64,000 bases of DNA from Novakomyces olei (Eukaryota): positions 62,001 to 126,000 of the forward strand of contig JADEYG010000004.1 in the NCBI GenBank assembly GCA_016906335.1. The letters are read 5' to 3'. Below the pieces are notes generated by a model. It saw nothing but the letters and a program-made list of their open reading frames with translations, did no database searches and had not been told where the DNA came from. Position 1 is the stretch's first letter, and each line of letters starts with the position of its first letter. Made by a program: the position numbers and the translations under genes. Below are positions 1-11,440 of this stretch, piece by piece.

Positions 1-892
1 AATCGAAGATTTGATGGAGAAAAAGGGAAGGTTTGATTATATTTTGTTAGAGACCAGTGGACTCGCGGACCCAGGTAAGGAAAAATAAAAGTATTAATTA
101 AACTGAAGTTATTTTATCAATCAATCAATCAATTCATTTATTCATTTATTTGTTGATTCGGTGAAGACACAAGGCTTTTAATAACGTATAGGTCCTATAG
201 CGAAAATGTTCTGGTTGGACGAGGCACTAGCCTCCGGAATTTATTTGGATGGAATTGTAACGGTTGTGGATACGCCTTTTGCAGCCTCAACGGCTGCTTA
301 CGCGGAGACAAAAGAGCCACCCGAGCTCGATACTTGGCGGACACAGATATCTCATGCTGATGTAATTCTTTTAAACAAGCAAGACCTGATTCCGCCCGGC
401 CAATTCAAGGCGGCCATGGACTTGGTGCAGAGAATAAATAGCGCGGCCACGCTGTACGCTGTAAAGTACTCTCAAGTCTCTGTGGATAAAATCTTGGATA
501 TTCACGCTTTTGACGGAGAAGAAAACGACAAGTTTCTGGTAGAATCTCACCATAGCCATGCGGATGATATTTCTACAATTGTTATATCGCTGCCAGGACC
601 ATTGAATGCTGAGCAAATGGAAGCATTAGACGTTTGGATCAGGAAGCTAGTTTGGGCTCAGACAGATCCTTCGCTTTGGGATACAGTGCAAACACCTCAG
701 GTTCATAGGTGTAAGGGCTTTGTTAGGCGACAAAATGGACGTGCGCTCTTATTGCAGGGCGTACGTGATATCTACGAGCTGGTTCCAGTCGCTGAAGGGC
801 AAGATTTACCTGGCCCGGGAAAGCTTGTTTTAATAGGGCGGAATATTGGAAATATTGGAGACACTGTGCCGCCAGTACTATGGCAGATTTGA
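1..892 (+). CDS. ZNG1: CobW/COG0523 Zn-metallochaperone GTPase (5' partial)
   Basis: FDYILLETSGLADP|GPIAKMFWLDEAL, NKQD G4 motif and CobW C-terminal RCKG..LQGVRDIYE..KLVLIGR; intron 75-191 restores the frame. Confidence 0.9.
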
Positions 893-1169
893 CGGCTTTC
901 GTACAGTAGAATTGTTAAGCGTATGCTGGATAATGTAATAAAAAGCAACAAGCAACAAGTGGATAAATAAAGACAATAAAAATTGAAAATAGTAAATGAA
1001 AAACAAATGAATACCAATTTTACGAGTAAAAGGTTAAAACGATCTAGTAATAATATTATAGTAATATGTAAACAATTAATGTTTGTAAGGGAAATATAAA
1101 GGGTTTCAATCCACATTATACATAAGCGTACATCAATGACAAAGGCATAACGTATCCTCCGTCTGGGCA

Positions 1170-2657
1170 ATGTCTGAAGCCGAGCAGAAAGCAAAGAGCA
1201 AAGAAAAGTCAGCTTTAGACTCTCAAAATGTTACTGCTAAAGAAACTGCGAAAAAGATTACGGCAGATGCACAAGACACGAAAGGGACAAAGGAAAACGA
1301 TTCAACGAAATCGAACGATGATTCAGGTCTGAAAGCTGGCAATGATTCGTCCAATTCCGATTTGAAAGAGAATGAGCGAGAGAAACCCGAAAGCTCAACT
1401 ACTCCCGAATCGAAGGAAGAGTCAGGATCAAAGGGCCACGGATTGAAAGAGAAAGAGTTGGAGGAAGCTGGAGTGGAGGAAAAGCGCAAAGACACTGAGG
1501 AAAGATCGGGAAAGTCAGACAGCAAAGAATCCCACACGGAAAATAAAAATACAATCGAGCACAGTACTGCTATAAAACGTAAATTAGAAGACTCTCCAAC
1601 TTCTCAAGCGCTGGTATGAATTCGTGTATTAGCTTTAAGCGTTTCTAATCTGATTTGAAGGGGAAAAAGTCCAGCGGCTTTGCTGCTTTCAGCTCTGCGA
1701 GCAAATCGCCATTTGCATTTAGCCCTTCACCCGCCACTGTAGGGTCAGAAGGAAATAAAAAGTCAAGTGGGTTCGGGTCGTTTGGGGCGCTAGGCGGTTC
1801 AACTATATCGCCATTTGGTTCGATCCTCTCTAAAACAGAACCTGGAAACGAAAATAAATCGGAAGAAAATAAAAAAGAGCCAGAAGCAGCGAATGCCGCT
1901 GCTTTTGGTGCACTGCTAGAGAAAAACGACGCGATTAATGGGAAAGAGTTGGATTCACCGGATACTGATACGAATTCTCCTGCTGCTAAACCGCTTGATT
2001 CTAAAGATATTGAAACAGGGGAGGAGGACGAAGAGACAATACATACAACGCGGGCAAAATTATACGTGATTGATATGGAAAAGCAAACGTGGAAAGAAAG
2101 AGGCGTTGGTACGCTAAAGGTCAACATAAAACGGAAAGCCGATCGGGTTGTATCTGGCCGACTGTGTAAGTGATCTTAAACCTAAATAATAATGGAAATA
2201 AAAATAAGAATAAACAAGATAAAATGTATTGACTCGAAATATGAGGATGAGAATATATATTGCTTTTTCAATGACAGGCAATTTCTAATTTCCAGTAATG
2301 CGGGCCGATGCGGTACTTCGAGTTATATTGAATGTCTTATTGTTCCCGGAAATGAAATTGAGCGATGCTCAATCTTCATCTGCCATGTCTGGGGATCGGT
2401 TTGTAAAATTTGTTGGATTTGAGGATGCAAAACCACGTCAGTTTGCTGTTCGTCTTAAGGATCACGCAGCAGTGGAAGACTTGCATTCAAAGATAAAATT
2501 AGCAATACCTGCAAGTACAGATAAACCTGGAAGCAAACCGTCAGAGTATGAAGATACGAAGCCCGCAAGTGAAAAGCCATCGCAAGGCTCTGACGCGAAA
2601 AGTTCCCAAAAGTCGTTAGACTTGAAGACGTCAACAGAGACAAATCAAGACAAATGA
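1170..2657 (+). CDS. Ran-binding domain protein (Yrb2/RanBP3/Hba1-like) with FG-type repeats
   Basis: ETGEEDE..RAKLY..WKERGVGTLKVN..LMRADAVLRVILN RanBD; introns 1614-1660 and 2166-2295 join three ORFs in frame. Confidence 0.88.
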
Positions 2658-3513
2658 AATGAAATAATAAGGAGCGGTGCATATTGCTCGGTCAATTCAA
2701 CTCTTCTTGTGTTTTACGGGATGGGATGGGTTACAGCTTGCTGCATTTAAGAACTGAATTTAGTCTTATGAGCCTGGCATTTTCTACAAGCCTGACATTG
2801 TCTACTTAGTTGTATATTTATAATATAAATCCAATTGTGCAAACAGCCAGTCATGGCATCAAGTTTATGTTCTTCGGTAGAACATCAGAAAAGTAAATAT
2901 GCTCAACAAGAAAATATGTATAATATTTTATATTCATTAAAATTTAATAGCAGTTTTTAGCACATCTTTTCAATGTTGCTTTAGGGCATTAAAAGTCCTC
3001 GTTGTTTACAGTGCTCACAGTGAGCACGACTTGCGTGTACACTGAGCACACACTTTCCCCACCAAACCGCGTCTAACTTTGACGTTTACAACTACTATGG
3101 AGATACAGATATTTTAACTTAACCCTATAGATGTTAATGTAACATGGCTGGGTTTATTATATTTTGAGAACACTGTGCTTTTTATACATACTTGTTTGTG
3201 TATACACGATTCACAGGCGAACAGTAGTAACTCGTATAATCAGACAAAATCATGAAAGAATGATTATATGTATAGATTTCTGTACATTTTGAAACATAAG
3301 GAACAAGAATAATTTAAACTTTTTTAATCACATCTACTATAATCCCCGTAACTTACATTACCGCTAAATGTAGGGCGCAGCTGGTACATAATAAAATCAA
3401 AATCAAAATCAATAACAAAAACAATAACAATAGCACAACGCGCGTCAGGGAAACCACGAAACCAATTACAGATTCCCAGTAAACGCCATTTATGCCCAAT
3501 TTCATCTAATAAA

Positions 3514-6089
3514 ATGGCAACCAGCCCGTACAGGGCGTCGCGGCCTTTTTCAATGCTGGAAAATGCCCAAATGCGGCCACACACAGACACGACTTATGAG
3601 TCAAAGCATGGCCGGGCAGTACTGAATGCATTAAATGACAATGAACAAGCCCAATCACGAAAATCGGCATCACATGATAACAAGGCCTCAGCAAAAGTGC
3701 GAATCTCATTTGTTCCAATTTTTCACGATCAGTATTGGTTTTGTTTTGAAGTTTGTTAACAAACAGGCGACGCACAGGTACAAGTTCAGCTTCCGCGAAG
3801 ACGGGAGTCTTGGACCGCTCGCAGGCCGCGTTGACGCGTCCTTAAATGAACGTCGAGTCAAGCGCACTTATTTGAATACTGACAATGCCTCAGACCGTGA
3901 AAATCTCTTGATTCGAGATCTTTTGGTTGTGCTGATGGGAAGCGAGGGCGATTATATAAAGTACAGCTCAAAGTTTAACCCTCACGACGAAATGGAACGG
4001 CTCTGTGGCCCTGTTTACCTGCTACCAAAGGATATTGACCCCGTTTTGAAGGATTTAATTGCTCCCATAATGCAAATGGCTGCCTGGGCAGTGTCAGTAA
4101 ATACCTTTATTAATATTTATTCGCAAAAGGAGTATGGTCTAGTCAACCAGGCTCTTTGTGCGGCAATGAGGCATTTGATGAAGGTAGTGTATAAAGATAT
4201 ATATATGCGAGTATCTTATTTATAAATTTTCGTCTTATTCATATTTTATTTTCTAATTTATTTATTTATTTATATTTATTTCATTCATTGTATAATCTAA
4301 TTTACAGGAATATTCCCGGGCGATTGTCGATATTGAAAAAGAATTTTATTCTCGTGAACGGTTCACGCTGCACCGGCTTCATGTCTCTGTAACGTCACTG
4401 TCAGCGTCGCTCTCTACACTTCATATGGTGGCTCAAAGCATACTGGAACAAGCCCGAGAATTGAATGAAGCAGTGAACAGCAACGATACTGACAACTATG
4501 ATCAATTGTTTGAATCTCTGCAGTCAGGAACTCCGCTCTTGGATATTGTAACAGGTAAATCAGCTTTGAAGAGACCTAAGGGCAAAATTATTCTTGATCT
4601 TTTGTCTCAAAAACGGGTTACTTGTGCTGGTGACCCAGCTGCGTTAAAAATACTAATATTTCTTGATCGTGAAGCTTCGCGGCCATACGTAGCAACGCTC
4701 AAAACTTGGCTGACTTGTGGGAAGTTTGACGATCCCATGCATGAGTTTATGATCTTACAGCGCGACTCTATACAAAAAGAAATGCTTGATCGCGATTATA
4801 CGGATGATTACTGGGAAAAAAGGTACAGTTTAGTACCGGAAGGCACCCCTTCCAGACTGGAAAAATACAGGGATAGAATCCTTTTGGCCGGCAAATATTT
4901 GAATGTTGTTCGAGAGTGTGGGGGCGATGTTCATGCTCTAACACGTGAAATGAAGTGGTGGGATAAAAACCCTGTCGTTTATGACGACGCCGATTTGCCA
5001 GAGATGATTGATCGTGCTTATACCACATCAAACAAAGCTTTGCTACAGCTTTTAATACAACGACATAGTCTGGAAGGCAGGCTACGCAGTTTAAAACGGT
5101 ATTTTTTTATGGACTCTTCTGATTATATTACGCATTTTATGGATTTAGCCTCACATGAGTTGAAAAAGCCAGCTAAACTTGTGAGCATTGCCAAATTGCA
5201 AAGTCTCCTGGAGCTCGTACTCCGGCAGCCTGGAAGTATTTCCTGCTCTGACCCTTACAAGGACGATGTCTCTGTGGAAATGAATGATCTCAGCGTTATT
5301 GACTGGCTGATACGTATTGTGAACGTTTCCGGGCTCATGGACGAGCAAGGCAACCCTATTGAAGCGGGAAAACCAAGGCAGTCTATCATTGACGAAAGAA
5401 GCCTGACAGGGTTTTCGGCTCTTCAGTTTGATTTCAAGGCGCCCTTTCCCGTATCGCTAGTGCTATCACGGAAAACAATTGTGCGGTATCAGGTTTTGTC
5501 CCGGCACATTCTGGGTCTTTTACATGTGCAAAGGAGCTTGGAAGCAGTTTGGCAAGACCAGTGTCGCAATCCGGTCTGGAAAAATAGGACAAATCCTACA
5601 CTTGCCAAGTGTAGGCTTAGGGCATTGGCTCTACGCTCAAACATGCTCAGTTTCATTCAGCAAATGCTCTATTTTTGCTGTGTGGAAGTAGTGGAGCGTA
5701 ACTGGCAAACTTTAAATACCCGGCTTCATGAAGCAAAAACCGTAGACGAGCTGATGCGGCACCATGTTGATTTTCTCGATACCTGCTTGAAAGAGTGTAT
5801 GCTCACAAATGGAAAACTTCTCAAGATACAAGCAAAACTCTGTATTGCTTGTCAGAATTTTGCCTCGTACCATTCTCATTTGACCCGGGCTTTTTCTGCT
5901 GCGGATTCCAATAATGACAAGAGCAGTTTGGATAAAGTCAAACGGATCCTGGAGAAGTATCAGGAAAACTTTGAGCATCATCTGAAGGTGCTGCTTGACG
6001 CATGTAATTATTTTTCCAGTATGAACACTTCGGCACTTTTGTCTTTAGTGTCACGGTTGGATTGGGCGCAGCGTGGTGATTTATTGTAA
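3514..6089 (+). CDS. SPC97: gamma-tubulin complex component GCP2
   Basis: DYTDDYWEKRY, ILLAGKYLNVVRECG, HVDFLDTCLKECMLTN motifs; introns 3697-3766 and 4184-4307. Confidence 0.95.
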
Positions 6090-6246
6090 ATAATGTAAAT
6101 AAATAAATAATCAATCGATTAATTTCGCAATCATAATTCTGCTTCATTCTCCTTGTTTTATTTTGTTTAATCGATTATAAAATTGAATAAATAAATTATT
6201 TATATATTTATGGAATTATTCTGTATATTCATCAGTGATGGCATTC

Positions 6247-6895
6247 TCACATGCCTCGAGCCCTCATCTTTTTCACGATAGCCACGAGACGACGGACTCC
6301 GTCCTTGAACCGCTTCCTATGGTTCTCTGATCGCCTTCTCCTCCTCATATCGCTCGGCTTCTCATAATATCGCTGACGAAGCCAGTGCTGACGTACATTA
6401 TTAGTTCGTAGAATTTCGTCCAGTTGCCGAATAGCGCCCAGCACTTGTCCACGCTCCACCGGAACATTACGGCCAATCCGCATAATCCGTATAGTTTCTT
6501 CAAAATCGGGAGCTATCCGAGTCGGCTCGGGTCTTTTCAAGAAGAACGACTTTCTTTGCGACTCATATGAGCTTCCTAAAATGCCACTGAGATCATTTTC
6601 GGGCGAGGACGAAGACGATGATTGCTCCTGCTTTTTTTCCCGGCCTAAACTTAGTATTGAGAGCATGGAAAGAGCAAAAGTAAAAGAGTCTATTAAAGGA
6701 AGAATTACGGTAAAGCGGTTCCAGAAACTCTGGCACCTGTCTCTTGCTGGGACCGGGCGTTTCATTCCGCCAGTTCCTGGTTTGCTGGAAACCTCGTGTA
6801 AAATAATTTAATCCTGGAGCCGATCTTAATTGTGGGCTAATTGCCGTCCGAAAATGCGATGAGACGGAAATCCGTACCGCCCGTATTGCCGCCAT
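6247..6895 (-). CDS. MRP21: mitochondrial ribosomal protein bS21m
   Basis: C-terminal S21 domain (QRYYEKPSDMRRRRRSENHRKRFKDGV); Arg-rich presequence; intron 6645-6708 (phase 1). Confidence 0.88.
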
Positions 6896-7312
6896 TGGCA
6901 CCCGGTTGTTCACGGTGTAAACTGGAGATACTAAAAGATTTTAGTTCTGTATTATTTAGCTACATTCTGAAAATACTTGCTTGTTTCAAAGTTTTATATG
7001 TGTAAAATAATAATATACAGTCGATGTTCTATATTATACTGTATGTATACACAAATAAATAAATAAATAAAAAATAGATAAATGTTGATCGTTGATTAGC
7101 GTTTTAATGACCGTGGCTAACCTCTATAAAAAATAGCTTCAAAACGTCTATGGCATTACCGACTAGAAATATCTCTAAATTCGGTGCAAGTATAATAATT
7201 ACCCAATTAATACTTTACGGCAATCACTAGCAGCATTTCTAAAATTTAAAATAGTTCAAAAATAGATGAAGGACAACACCATTCGTTCTATACCATTCGT
7301 CTATCTAAACAA

Positions 7313-9286
7313 TCATAACTGTAATAATTTACCGGCAGTGGCGCCGTCGTTACTCTTCGCAAGCAACACGACTATACTGCGTTTGTTGTAAGGCCACTCC
7401 TTATTTAAGGGAGGTGCAACTTCAAACGACGAGCTAAACTCGCCATTGTCTTCCAATTTTACGCGTTCAAACGGCCGCCCGTCCACGGACGCGTCGAGTT
7501 GGCCTCGAATAACGCGTCCACTGACGCTGACCGTGGACGCGTTTATGCGCGTGCCTTGAGCCAAAATGTCAGGGACCTCTGCCTCTGCTGACAGAACCTT
7601 GTTCCTGCTTGCAAAAGCAGGCACGGCAACACTGTCTGACGGTAGAGGCGGCGTCTCCTTCGGCAAATGTCTTGTCTTGGACGCGGCCTGCTCAAACGCG
7701 TACGCGTAACGCACTAAATCCCAATCTGTGTACGCTTTGCCGAGAAAAGTGAGCCCAACCGGAATGCCGGTATCAGCCATTGTCCCCATGGAGACGGTAA
7801 CTGAAGGGATGCCCACGTGCCTCAGGACACGATTCCCGTTCGAGTACTTGACTCCATTCTGCCAAGCATGGCGGGCCGCATCTTCGTCCACGTCTGCAGT
7901 AGCAAGGCCCACGTCAGCATTTGCCGGAAAGCAGACCGCGTCTGCTCCTAAAGCATCCAGCCATTTTTCAAAATGCTCTTGCCGAGCGTGTTCCAGCATT
8001 TCCAAAGCCTCCCGCAAATTCGGGATATCAATTAACTTGCCCTTTCGCAAATCCCGTAATTGTGTGTACGGCACAAATGCCGAAGGGTCGGCAAATTTGG
8101 TCTGTACCCCCTGAAGCGCGGGGAAGATTTGCGCCAGATCCACACCTTCCAATCCAGGCTCTCCATTGGCACGCAGAAATTCATCCCACGCACAAGCAAT
8201 CATGCGCCCACGATCAGTGCAGTTCCATCCGTCCGGCAGAGCCGGCTCCTTACACAGCTCGCCGGGTCTGTTGCTGTGCTCGTACTCGGCTACGATAGGG
8301 AACTCGTCAACAATCACGACACTTGCTCCCAGGCTCTCAAGCGTGTGCTGTGCACGTTGCCAGAGGGCCTTTATAGACTCGCGCACGTTGACAGGCCGGC
8401 AATTGTGGCAGGTGCCTCCGACGTATAACGCGGGCACGGCAATTCGTTTACCCCGCAAAGAATTGCAGTCCTTTAACTGTAAGAATTTCTCCGGCCGCAA
8501 CTGCCGAGGGTCCGGCAATGGCAACCAGACCTGCTGCCGCCAAAAGTCGCCTTCGACTCGGCTGTCTGGCACAACCAGGACGTCGAGCAAATGCAGCAAA
8601 TCCTCCACACTGCGCGTATGGGGCACGATGACGTCACATGTACTAAATAAAGGCCAATTGCCACGTACTGACAGCAGCCCACGCGACGGAGTGTATGCAA
8701 CAAGTCCATTGTTTGACGCAGGCGACCGTCCGGACGATACTGTCTCCTCTGCCATACCAAAGACCGCGAAATTTGCACTCGTAGCAACTGCCGAGCCGTT
8801 CGATGAGCCCGAAGCAAAAGCCGCCGCCAGGTACTGGAGGTTGTAAGGGTTTTCTGCTCGGCCGTACACGCCCCTCTGCATTCCACCGGCCGCCATTGGC
8901 GGCATATTTGTGCGGCCGAGTAGGACACCTCCTGCGCCACGTAACAGCTCTACAGCCCGCGCATCGTCTCTGGCTACCAAGTGCCGAAACGCGGGAGACC
9001 CGGCCGCCATCGTCATCCCACGCACAGCGTAGCTATCTTTTACCGTAAATACAATCCCATCCAACGCGTCACGTGCACATCCGCTACGGCGCCGCTTATC
9101 AGATGCGGCAGCATCGACGAAGCATTCCGGATTCAGTACAGGAATGGAATTCAGGCAGGGGCCATGGTTATCGTATGCGGCCACACGGCAAAGGTACTTG
9201 GCCAATAGCTCGACGCTCGTAATGGACCCATTAGACAGCAATTGGTGTAGTTTGTCCACCGATGCTTCAAGGATGTCTGCCTCCAT
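7313..9286 (-). CDS. amidase signature family enzyme, intronless
   Basis: VKDSY (catalytic Lys), GRTNMPPM, SGSSNGSAVA, ETVSSGRSPAS (Ser-cisSer-Lys triad). Confidence 0.92.
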   Translation of the reverse strand: MEADILEASVDKLHQLLSNGSITSVELLAKYLCRVAAYDNHGPCLNSIPVLNPECFVDAAASDKRRRSGCARDALDGIVFTVKDSYAVRGMTMAAGSPAFRHLVARDDARAVELLRGAGGVLLGRTNMPPMAAGGMQRGVYGRAENPYNLQYLAAAFASGSSNGSAVATSANFAVFGMAEETVSSGRSPASNNGLVAYTPSRGLLSVRGNWPLFSTCDVIVPHTRSVEDLLHLLDVLVVPDSRVEGDFWRQQVWLPLPDPRQLRPEKFLQLKDCNSLRGKRIAVPALYVGGTCHNCRPVNVRESIKALWQRAQHTLESLGASVVIVDEFPIVAEYEHSNRPGELCKEPALPDGWNCTDRGRMIACAWDEFLRANGEPGLEGVDLAQIFPALQGVQTKFADPSAFVPYTQLRDLRKGKLIDIPNLREALEMLEHARQEHFEKWLDALGADAVCFPANADVGLATADVDEDAARHAWQNGVKYSNGNRVLRHVGIPSVTVSMGTMADTGIPVGLTFLGKAYTDWDLVRYAYAFEQAASKTRHLPKETPPLPSDSVAVPAFASRNKVLSAEAEVPDILAQGTRINASTVSVSGRVIRGQLDASVDGRPFERVKLEDNGEFSSSFEVAPPLNKEWPYNKRSIVVLLAKSNDGATAGKLLQL

Positions 9287-9816
9287 ATGACCCGCGCGGT
9301 AACGAGAGCGGCTAGTCGGTCACGCACGCCCACAGATAAGATAGTGTTGTGTGCATAAGTATAATACGATAGATACTGTGCTGTCAGGATACGAGCCTGC
9401 TCTATTATGGACTAGTACGTTAAATCGGTAAAATTACATGTAAAACACCAAAAACTGCTTAGGCTTAGGGTACTTGAGGCGAATAATCCAGCTCAACAAA
9501 TCCCGGAGATAAGCTAAACCTTGACATTAGCCCTGTAAATCTATTTTAGCCTTCATTCTGAAATCATGCTGGCATTATTGGCTGCGTAACGCGTATATAG
9601 TCGTTATCGGCCTGAGCATTGCATTATACTTACTCTCTTGTTATATTGAGGTTTATTGCAAAATAGTGTAAAAGTTGGAGAGAAATTACTTGTTTAATGG
9701 AGGGAAAAGACCTACACGTAAATACAAATCAGCAAATAATATATTAAAAACATACAAGATAAAACAATACGGCGCGCATACATAAATGCAAAACACGTAC
9801 TGAGGGTAAAATTAAA

Positions 9817-9846
9817 ACGCGTAAAAAAGAATCAGGATCAACGCGA
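9817..9846. promoter_or_regulatory. MCB elements upstream of CDC31
   Basis: ACGCGT 9817-9822, ACGCGA 9841-9846, also ACGCGT 9589-9594. Confidence 0.5.
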
Positions 9847-10698
9847 ATGAGCCATCGGCAAATGAATTCCAGTGGCGGCGTTTACAACGCCGGAGTGGTA
9901 AATAATAATCGGTCTGCTCAACGACGGAATTTTGGTCCCGGATTATTTACCAATCCGCAAGCGTCGCCGTCGCCAATGTCGCAGATACGATCGGGTCGGG
10001 CACAGGCTCCGCTCGGCGTCTCGGGCCAAAGGACTGATCCCATTCTTACGAGCGATCAAATGAGAGAAATAGAAGAAGCATTTGACCTGTTTGATCAAGA
10101 CAATAACGGATTAGTAAATTTTTTTGAGCTGAAGGTTTGATTGTCGCAAGTAAAAATGGCTAATCCTTTCAGGCGGCAATGAGGGCACTCGGGTTTGATG
10201 TACCCAAGACTGAAGTCCTTGAGCTGATTCAGTCTGCTGACCAAGTCAACAAGGGTTTCATGAGCCGTGAGCAATTTTCGCAGATAAGTATGGCTGATTT
10301 AGAGGATGAAATAAACTAATTATTAGTGGAGGAAAAGATCAGCCAACGCGACCCTCGTGAAGAGATGCGGAGAGCGTTTGCCCTGTTTGATAAGGACGGA
10401 AAGGGGTTTATTCAGCTCGATGATCTGAAACGTGTATCACAGCAATTGGGAGAAGCGATTGACGAGAACGAGCTGAGATCGATGATTGATGAATTTGACA
10501 TGGATAATGATGGAATGAGTATGTGGACTAGCCAAACGCGTAGACGGCACTAGAATAAAAACGGGGAAAGAAATACGGCACTAGAATAAAAATAGGGAAA
10601 GAAATACAGGGAAAATAGTGCAAGGGTTTTTCTGCAAATGCTAATTACCAGTCAACGAGGATGAATTTATATCAATCATGACGATGAACAATGCCTGA
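9847..10698 (+). CDS. CDC31: centrin (EF-hand SPB protein)
   Basis: EIEEAFDLFD..ELK|AAMRALGFD, RDPREEMRRAFALFD, MIDEFDMDNDGMINEDEF; introns 10135-10172, 10288-10326, 10519-10651. Confidence 0.93.
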
Positions 10699-11440
10699 TC
10701 TTCACTGCCATTGAGACGGGAAATGTAGACGTTAAGGAGATTCGGATCTGTCTCTACCTACTTTTTTGTGTATTTCACGGCCCGACAGGCTAAAGCTGCG
10801 TCGGCACAATACATCTGCCCAGGCTCTATCCTATGGCTGCCCAGAAGCTTACGCCTAAAACCAAGCTTTATTTTTATTACAATGTTCACAGCTTTCTACT
10901 TGTCGATACCAGTTTTCGTCGTTTGGTCAAGGTGCCTTCTAATGCTCGTATTTGAATGTCGGTAACCACTGTTTCGATTTCCTTTTAAAGAAGTACTATA
11001 CTCGGCACTAGGTTATTGTTGCTAAAGCATCATTATAGCTATTGCGTGTAATTCTATGCGGCACTCTTGTAAATAGTATTAAGAATATGCTATTATACTA
11101 ATTTTCACCAATCCAGTACCAGCCTGGAAGCCGTCAAGGCTCACCCGAAATTGCAGAAATCGGACGATATTATAAAGTTATTATTCGAATCCGTAGAGAC
11201 GAGACGTAATCAAAAGAAGACGGCCAATGTTTAGAACTAAAAGATATTAATGCAACAAAAATAGAACCGACTTAAACAGCAATAGGACAATGAATAGTAA
11301 ATTGCAAAAATGCACAATTATCGATCAAACCTCAGTAATCAAAATACCCAGGCTCAGAGAGGTGGCTAAAAGCGTCATTAATGGAAAACAGGATTGATAA
11401 ATAAACAACAACACAGAAAATGCCAACTAAACGACCAAAA

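Noticed and set aside
890-970. TGA-CGG readthrough of ZNG1
   Set aside because: The extension ends in VDK with no targeting signal, and there is no other support
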